Positions 58,233-64,000 of a DNA stretch of 64,000 bases are shown piece by piece. This DNA is from a virus: IMG/VR virus record IMGVR_UViG_3300035670_000110, positions 1 through 64,000 of that record. The stretch is one strand, 5' to 3'. Numbering within the stretch: the first letter of the stretch is position 1; the number at the start of each line of letters is the position of its first letter. The translations under genes were made by a program, and so were the position numbers. The notes beneath the pieces are model-generated. The model had not been told where the DNA came from. It saw only the letters and a list, made by a program, of their open reading frames with translations, and ran no database searches.

Positions 58233-58772
58233 TTAGTTAAATAGATCTGCGGAACTGAGGAAGCGTCCGCCCCATAATGATTTCTTCATTACGGGTTGCT
58301 CTGGGATACTATTTTCTAGTTCACCAGACTTCTTAATTGCTGTCTCTTCTTCTACAGATTCAACTCTGCTTGCAATTTCTGTAGCAGCGTTATTGAGATC
58401 AGCCAAACTCTTAGTTACCTCTTCGTATTTTGCTTGAAGTTGCCCAACTTTTTCATCGACAGCCTTTGCCAACTCAAGAACAGCGCTTGTAATTTTATCA
58501 AATGACTCTGTGCTTGACTCAACTGACTTTGTTAGGGCCTCTTCCACAAATGACTTAACTTCGCCTAAAGCCTTTTCCATGTCAAAAACTTCTGAGGAAG
58601 TGTCTTCTGATTCGGCTTCTCCAGCCTCAACAACATCAGATTTAGCCATTGCTAGTGCCTCATTAACAACGTCCTCTATAGTTTCTTCTACTTCAAACTC
58701 AACCTCTTCTGAAGTTTCGTCTACAGCCTGGGCGGTGTCAAGTTCTTCATGGCTTGTTTCGTTGTCAGCCAT
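58233..58772 (-). CDS. Probable separately initiated scaffold protein (in-frame internal start)
   Basis: GAAGGAGGT-GTTGAA-ATG inside the protease ORF, giving MADNETSHEE... (179 aa). Confidence 0.65.
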   Translation of the reverse strand: MADNETSHEELDTAQAVDETSEEVEFEVEETIEDVVNEALAMAKSDVVEAGEAESEDTSSEVFDMEKALGEVKSFVEEALTKSVESSTESFDKITSAVLELAKAVDEKVGQLQAKYEEVTKSLADLNNAATEIASRVESVEEETAIKKSGELENSIPEQPVMKKSLWGGRFLSSADLFN

Positions 58773-60437
58773 TTCAACACCTCCTTCGTTTTTTTGTAAA
58801 GTCTCTAAGGACTTTTTTGTTGACAAGGGATTTTCCTTTGGCAACAAGTCTGTATCGTAAGAAGTTCTTTTGAACTTTCCTGTTTTTAGCGCGTGCAAAA
58901 ATCCTTTAACTCTGGCCTCAGCCCATTCATTTTCTGAAGAAGAATTATTTTTTGAAGATACTGGATTATTTCTGTAGGACTCTATTCCGCGATTAAAAAC
59001 CTTTAGTAATGTTTCAAAATCGGTTCTCTTAGAATTAACGTTACCATATTTTTCATTATGTTGAGAAACTAGATTTTCTAAATTCTTTTTAATGTTTTCT
59101 GGAATAACTTTATTAACACTAATAACCTTTAATTTAACAAGTTCTTCTATGCTTTTATAAACAAAATTTTGTGTGGAAAGAAATTTATTTCCAAACTCTT
59201 TATACAGTCTTAATTCGGCAATGTTATCTGAAATAACCTCTACACGGCCCTTATTAATTTTATTGTCTTCTCTATAAGCAACAAAAGATCCTACCTCTAT
59301 TTCTGTAGGATCAGACTTATACATTCTTTTCTTCTTTCCATATGCTTTTTTAGGAGACATTGTGGCAGAAGCGGATACAGCACCTGGAAGCCCTTGTTCA
59401 GCATTTCTAGCAGGAGTATTTTCACTTGTGACTGTTTCTTTCTCAATATCTTCTGCTTTGTCTAAGGAGTCTATTGCTCTTAAAGTACTCATTTTATGCC
59501 CCACTCTAGTATCTGTTGCCTCCCAGCCCTCTGATCCTTTTCGATAGACTCTAATTAATACTGCTGGGTCGCCATCTTCTGCATTAACTGTAAAGTCTGA
59601 ATCAGGAACATCGATGCTGCCACTTCTGACCACTCTTTCTACTTTCCCGCGTGCAGTGCCACCAGAAGAATTCCAGGAAACAAATTGTCCTACGCGAACT
59701 GAATCTGCTTTTGCTAAAAAGCCGTCCACTATTTTTCCTATTTCTTGATTTTTGTTAATGTCTGTTGATTCTACCCATCCTATTTCATTCATATTTGTTG
59801 AGCAAACTGGGCATTGGAAGGAATCTGATTTTTCAGTTATTGCGATTTTATCTATTGGACACCAAAAAACATTCTCTGTTGTAAACTCTGTGGCGATACC
59901 GCTGGTCACTATTTGATCATCGACTTTTTGAATGGAAAAAATATTAGCAAATTGGTTTGCAGGAGAATCAACTAGGGATAACTCCATTAACTCGTATTCT
60001 TTTACTATTCTTACAGAATTATCATCTTCGTCGTCCATTTTATTTTCATAGTCAACAATTCTTCCACCAATAGAAAATCCTGTTAAAGTTCCATCTAAAA
60101 CCATTTGCCAAATGTTTTCTGCGCCTTTTGAAATATAGGCGTCTACAAAAATACCGTTATATGTTTTACCAGTTTCTTTATCAAAGAAGGAGTTTTCTCT
60201 AAACGAAACAACTTTTCCGGCAGGAATGGGCTGATGCATTAATCTTACATTTCCACGAAAATTCTCAAAAGCCTTTCTTGATGCTTCTGATAGCAAGACA
60301 TCACCTTGCCTGTCAACATTATCTAATGTAGCAAACCCGCTAACGATTCTTCTTTCTTCATCCACCTTAGCGATGGGCATTGTTAATCTTAGGCTGTCGC
60401 CATCTAAATCAAAGTGTGCTTTATTCATATCAACCAT
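58233..60437 (-). CDS. Prohead protease fused to inserted domains and a C-terminal scaffold
   Basis: HK97-type protease motifs (VSGFAT..N.D..GD, MHQ, GFSIGG, ELSLVD.PAN), zinc ribbon, Tudor-like domain, acidic coiled-coil tail. Confidence 0.9.
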   Translation of the reverse strand: MVDMNKAHFDLDGDSLRLTMPIAKVDEERRIVSGFATLDNVDRQGDVLLSEASRKAFENFRGNVRLMHQPIPAGKVVSFRENSFFDKETGKTYNGIFVDAYISKGAENIWQMVLDGTLTGFSIGGRIVDYENKMDDEDDNSVRIVKEYELMELSLVDSPANQFANIFSIQKVDDQIVTSGIATEFTTENVFWCPIDKIAITEKSDSFQCPVCSTNMNEIGWVESTDINKNQEIGKIVDGFLAKADSVRVGQFVSWNSSGGTARGKVERVVRSGSIDVPDSDFTVNAEDGDPAVLIRVYRKGSEGWEATDTRVGHKMSTLRAIDSLDKAEDIEKETVTSENTPARNAEQGLPGAVSASATMSPKKAYGKKKRMYKSDPTEIEVGSFVAYREDNKINKGRVEVISDNIAELRLYKEFGNKFLSTQNFVYKSIEELVKLKVISVNKVIPENIKKNLENLVSQHNEKYGNVNSKRTDFETLLKVFNRGIESYRNNPVSSKNNSSSENEWAEARVKGFLHALKTGKFKRTSYDTDLLPKENPLSTKKSLETLQKNEGGVEMADNETSHEELDTAQAVDETSEEVEFEVEETIEDVVNEALAMAKSDVVEAGEAESEDTSSEVFDMEKALGEVKSFVEEALTKSVESSTESFDKITSAVLELAKAVDEKVGQLQAKYEEVTKSLADLNNAATEIASRVESVEEETAIKKSGELENSIPEQPVMKKSLWGGRFLSSADLFN

Positions 60438-60467
60438 GGTGTTTTAATTATATTATATATAACTTTA

Positions 60468-62093
60468 TTAATTTTGCTGTCTTCCGTCGCCCTGTGTTGC
60501 CCTTGGCATTTCCGCTGAATCTGATGCATTAGAAGATCTTTCTTGATCTCTTACCCTATTTCTAGTTGCTTGTGCTGTTTGCTCTGATGCTTGTGGGCCA
60601 GTTAATATTACAGGATTATCCCCATCAGGTAGGCTGGACTTTCCAAGTCTTTCTCTTACCTCATTGGGAACAATAACTCTCATTCTTAAATATCTTTCAT
60701 CAATTTTTGATTGAGTTTCTTCGTCAGTCAGGGTTAGTTCATTAAATTCAAATTTAAATATGTCTGTTTTTTCAGCAATAATTTTATTAATTTTCTTTTC
60801 AAGCGCGTCCTGTGCTGGACGGCAGACTTGTTCTTTAAATGTTCTGTCTGACTCTCTTGCCGCAGCCAATCCAATTCCTTCAGTAGATCCTACTTTAGAT
60901 GCTGGAACTCTATGGGCCATTAAGATTTCTTCTTTATTCATTTTTTTATAGTTATTAAATGATGAATCTTGAATGTTTGTTTCAATAGGCTCCATCTTCA
61001 TTTCCACTTTAGTTTCTGGGGTATCTCCTGGAATAGGAATGATGGCTGTTCTATGAGACTGACCTCTTAGATTTCCCTGAAAAAATTCAAACAGTCTTTC
61101 TTCTGCCTGACGACTCATCTTTGCGCCCTTTAGCCAGAAAATATATCTTGGAACTGCCTTGTTCTCAAAGTACTCAAGATTAAATCTGGACGCAAACTCA
61201 TTTCCTGCCATTGCATTTTTAGCAGCAACAATTGCGGGAAGTCCGTAATAAGTGTTAGTGGGCGTGTAATTCTTAATATGAATTATTTCATTTGGCCTTG
61301 GGTCAGTTGTTATCGGGTTCTTTTCTTTTCCTTCAAAGTTTCTAAAGAACACGGCCTTGCCGTTGACGATTTGTACAAAGCCGTCACGCAATCTACGCAC
61401 TCGCATTGTAGAGGCGGGAATATGACCAATGTAACCGATTTCGCCATTAACTTTCCGACCGATTTCAATATACCCATTACCCGTTGCCTCCGCATCTATA
61501 TAAGATTTAATTAGTGTCATAGTAAATGTATCATCGTCATTACGGGATTCAAGCCATTCTATTGCCTGCTCTCTTTGTCGGGCAATCTTTCTTCTGGCTC
61601 TTGCCAATTGGTCTGGGTCATTTATCTCTTCAAGTTTTTGTATTATTTCCAATTTAGGCAATAAATCGTATCCTAGACCAACTATGTTTGCAACCTTTGC
61701 ATTAATTGCAGAATAGTTTGGAGCGGAAAGTTCATATATTTTTGCTAAAGCCCCTAAATTATATTGAGGCTCTACAACGTCAAATATTCCATACCCGTAC
61801 TTATCTGGAATAATTTGTTTTGAGGTTGCTTCATCTCCAGCATAAACATTATCGTCTGCTGTAACAATTTCTCCCCCGGCAGTTATAAGCGCTTTGCTTA
61901 ATTTTCTACGAGCAGATCTTTTAAAATTTTGAGACAATCCGTTAAGTTGCAAGATGCTATCTGCATCCTGTTTAAAATCATCTTTCTCTGGTTGCATTGG
62001 ATTGTCTGATGATACAGACTTTCCTATGTGAACGCTATCGATCCAAAGATCTTCTTGTTCGTTTTGCATCTCTCCACGCTCCAGTATCTCCAT
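60468..62093 (-). CDS. Portal protein
   Basis: D.EATGNGYIE, GHIPA..MR, NEIIH, YYGLP, YFENKAVP, PNEVRERLG. Confidence 0.93.
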   Translation of the reverse strand: MEILERGEMQNEQEDLWIDSVHIGKSVSSDNPMQPEKDDFKQDADSILQLNGLSQNFKRSARRKLSKALITAGGEIVTADDNVYAGDEATSKQIIPDKYGYGIFDVVEPQYNLGALAKIYELSAPNYSAINAKVANIVGLGYDLLPKLEIIQKLEEINDPDQLARARRKIARQREQAIEWLESRNDDDTFTMTLIKSYIDAEATGNGYIEIGRKVNGEIGYIGHIPASTMRVRRLRDGFVQIVNGKAVFFRNFEGKEKNPITTDPRPNEIIHIKNYTPTNTYYGLPAIVAAKNAMAGNEFASRFNLEYFENKAVPRYIFWLKGAKMSRQAEERLFEFFQGNLRGQSHRTAIIPIPGDTPETKVEMKMEPIETNIQDSSFNNYKKMNKEEILMAHRVPASKVGSTEGIGLAAARESDRTFKEQVCRPAQDALEKKINKIIAEKTDIFKFEFNELTLTDEETQSKIDERYLRMRVIVPNEVRERLGKSSLPDGDNPVILTGPQASEQTAQATRNRVRDQERSSNASDSAEMPRATQGDGRQQN

Positions 62094-62361
62094 ATGTTAG
62101 GAGTCCATTTTCCATACGATATTTATCCTCTTGGTATTCTTCTTCTGTCACACGACCTATGCCTGGAATAAAAACAGCCTGTCCTTCCGGCTGACCATAA
62201 TGTGCAGCAGCCTTTCTAATTTCAGCCATTTTTTCAATGTCTCCACGCATAGAAGGAATGTTTAAAACATTATCATCGTCATCTTTAAAGATTCCACCCT
62301 CTGGAAGTAGCCAAACATATACTCCATAGTTAGACGGATCTTGTACTATTTGTAATCCCAT
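62035..62361 (-). CDS. Conserved phage hypothetical protein upstream of portal
   Basis: YGVYVW...LNIPSMRGD...AAAHYG.PEG. Confidence 0.75.
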   Translation of the reverse strand: MGLQIVQDPSNYGVYVWLLPEGGIFKDDDDNVLNIPSMRGDIEKMAEIRKAAAHYGQPEGQAVFIPGIGRVTEEEYQEDKYRMENGLLTYGDTGAWRDAKRTRRSLDR

Positions 62362-62368
62362 GTACCAA

Positions 62369-62377
62369 ATAATATCA
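62369..62377 (-). promoter_or_regulatory. Extended -10 promoter (TGATATTAT), probably leaderless
   Basis: 7 nt upstream of ATG 62361; no Shine-Dalgarno. Confidence 0.5.
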
Positions 62378-62379
62378 TA

Positions 62380-63228
62380 TTAAGGGTTATTTGTATCGAA
62401 AATGTTCACAAAAGTAGTAACTTTTTGTACTGCGGGGGTATTTATAAACCCTAAATCTGTTTTTAAAAAGAATGTTGTTCCATATCTAGAGCCAAAAAGA
62501 ATTCTTACAAAATCTCCTACTGAACTACTAATTGGGATAAATTGTGATGATGCACTTAATTCATAAATTTGATTATCAGTTATTGATAAAACTTTATCCC
62601 CTTCAGTGATATTAAATCCATCGATAAAAAGATCATCATTGATAAGGACAGATGCAGAAACATATTCTAAAAGACTCTCTTCGTTAGCGACACTAACATC
62701 GAAAAGGTATCTGGACTGATTTTTAATCGGCTGATAAACTATACCACTGGATGCCGAAATAAAATTATCTTCTACATAGTCTATAACATTAATAGAAAAT
62801 GACGCTGTATCTGATACCACTAGTTTTGCTGTTCCAGCACCTGTAAACTCTTCATGTAAATATTGTGGATCTGAGTCCAACAAAGATGAATCCATAATAT
62901 ATAGATTTTGTATATTAAAATTTGCTCCAGAGTAGTCTCCAAAACGAATGTTAAACGAATCATTGCTGGAAGTTAATAATTTTTCGGGAAAGGTGAAGGT
63001 TAAATGAGACCATTTACCTTGAGAAATAAAAGATCCTGATTGTCCGTTAACGTAACAATTTACGATACTATCGTCAAATACTAGTTGACCCGTATTATTA
63101 TTAATACTGGCAGAAAACAGTAATTTTGAGTTAGAAGATGACGAAAATATATTTAAAAAATTATAAAAAGAATCTGTATCATCATTTAATCTAACAAAAC
63201 AACCGACTGAACCAAGATATTTGATCAT
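62380..63228 (-). CDS. Putative virion protein (LamG/ConA-like segment)
   Basis: YVNGQ...GKWSHLTFTF; Ser-rich with four SAS motifs. Confidence 0.5.
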   Translation of the reverse strand: MIKYLGSVGCFVRLNDDTDSFYNFLNIFSSSSNSKLLFSASINNNTGQLVFDDSIVNCYVNGQSGSFISQGKWSHLTFTFPEKLLTSSNDSFNIRFGDYSGANFNIQNLYIMDSSLLDSDPQYLHEEFTGAGTAKLVVSDTASFSINVIDYVEDNFISASSGIVYQPIKNQSRYLFDVSVANEESLLEYVSASVLINDDLFIDGFNITEGDKVLSITDNQIYELSASSQFIPISSSVGDFVRILFGSRYGTTFFLKTDLGFINTPAVQKVTTFVNIFDTNNP

Positions 63229-63234
63229 ATTGTT

Positions 63235-63240
63235 ATTATA
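63235..63240 (-). promoter_or_regulatory. -10 promoter (TATAAT), probably leaderless
   Basis: 6 nt upstream of ATG 63228; no Shine-Dalgarno. Confidence 0.5.
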
Positions 63241-63245
63241 TCCTA

Positions 63246-63995
63246 TTATATGTATCTTCCAGAAGAAAAATATTCTTCTATGTTAAATATAACATTTTTA
63301 CATAATTCATGATCAAGTTCTTCTATAATCTGATTTTTATATAAATATGCTTTATTAGAGAAACCAAATAAATTAATCAAAGACTCCAGATAATTTTTAT
63401 AAACAAACATTACCTCACTGTTAGGATTTGCCTGAATTGGATCAAATTTATAAGAATCTGACTCTAAAAACATCAATGCGTTAGAAATATATTGTTTATA
63501 GCAAATGTCAAAGTCATACGCTAGTGGTCCGTCGATCAAAGAATTTTTCTCTGCGTACATATTAAAAGAATCTTTATGTGCTATCAAAGATCCGTCTAAT
63601 GGCCATACTTTATAGGACATATGGTAGTCGTAGTAAAAATTTTCTAATATTTCTTCTTTTATCATTGAATCTATAATTTTATTTATCTGACTTTCTTCTT
63701 TTATCATATACATTTTATTTGATGGTTTTATAAAACATTTATGCTCTTTGCATAACTCTATAGATTGATGTAATGAAAACGGTGGAATTATAATATAATC
63801 TATTAAAATTAATATTTCTTCATTTTTAATAGTTTCATTGATTAGTTTAATATAATTAATGTCTTTATCGAAATCGTAGGATGCTTTTTTTACATTAAAC
63901 CCGATATCATTATAATATTTTTTATAAAATAAAAATTTTTCTTCTTCATGAAAACCATCTACATAGGGTATATAAACATTATTTGTATACGACAT
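63246..63995 (-). CDS. Degenerate GT-A-like glycosyltransferase or hypothetical protein
   Basis: VYIPY N-terminus and ILILID pattern; very AT-rich. Confidence 0.4.
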   Translation of the reverse strand: MSYTNNVYIPYVDGFHEEEKFLFYKKYYNDIGFNVKKASYDFDKDINYIKLINETIKNEEILILIDYIIIPPFSLHQSIELCKEHKCFIKPSNKMYMIKEESQINKIIDSMIKEEILENFYYDYHMSYKVWPLDGSLIAHKDSFNMYAEKNSLIDGPLAYDFDICYKQYISNALMFLESDSYKFDPIQANPNSEVMFVYKNYLESLINLFGFSNKAYLYKNQIIEELDHELCKNVIFNIEEYFSSGRYI

Positions 63996-64000
63996 TAAGA

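Noticed and set aside
1-64000. Stop-codon reassignment or a diversity-generating retroelement
   Set aside because: Long genes are intact under the standard code with all three stops used; no suppressor tRNA, reverse transcriptase or TR/VR pair was seen

Overview
This is a 64-kb segment of a large, AT-rich, long-tailed dsDNA phage (siphovirus-type Caudoviricetes). Essentially all real genes are on the minus strand. WhiB, a DnaE-type polymerase, RecA, a DUF732-like lipoprotein, apparent leaderless promoters and the gene order point to an actinobacterial host; the layout resembles large Streptomyces and freshwater actinophages. In transcription order (right to left) the window holds: portal, a multidomain protease-scaffold, major capsid, head-tail and tail genes, a frameshifted tail chaperone, a 3092-aa multidomain tape measure protein, minor tail and fibre genes, a replication/recombination block (DnaB, primase, SSB, DnaE, RecA, Cas4-like and RuvC-like nucleases), terminase, a tRNA/ncRNA cluster, accessory genes, and a nucleotide-sugar/glycosyltransferase cluster (gmd, fcl/colC, colD-like, GT10 and other GTs). 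The most notable observations are: (1) a GDP-colitose/fucose pathway plus several GTs, together with a recurring Ser-Ala-Ser motif in virion proteins, suggesting a virion glycosylation system with a sequon; (2) two small distant proteins whose C-termini copy the scaffold's terminal peptide (WGGRFL-like), suggesting a capsid cargo-loading tag; (3) a tape measure polyprotein with enzyme domains between repeated motifs; (4) an unassigned structured RNA next to the tRNAs. All assignments come from motif recognition by eye; no database searches were run.
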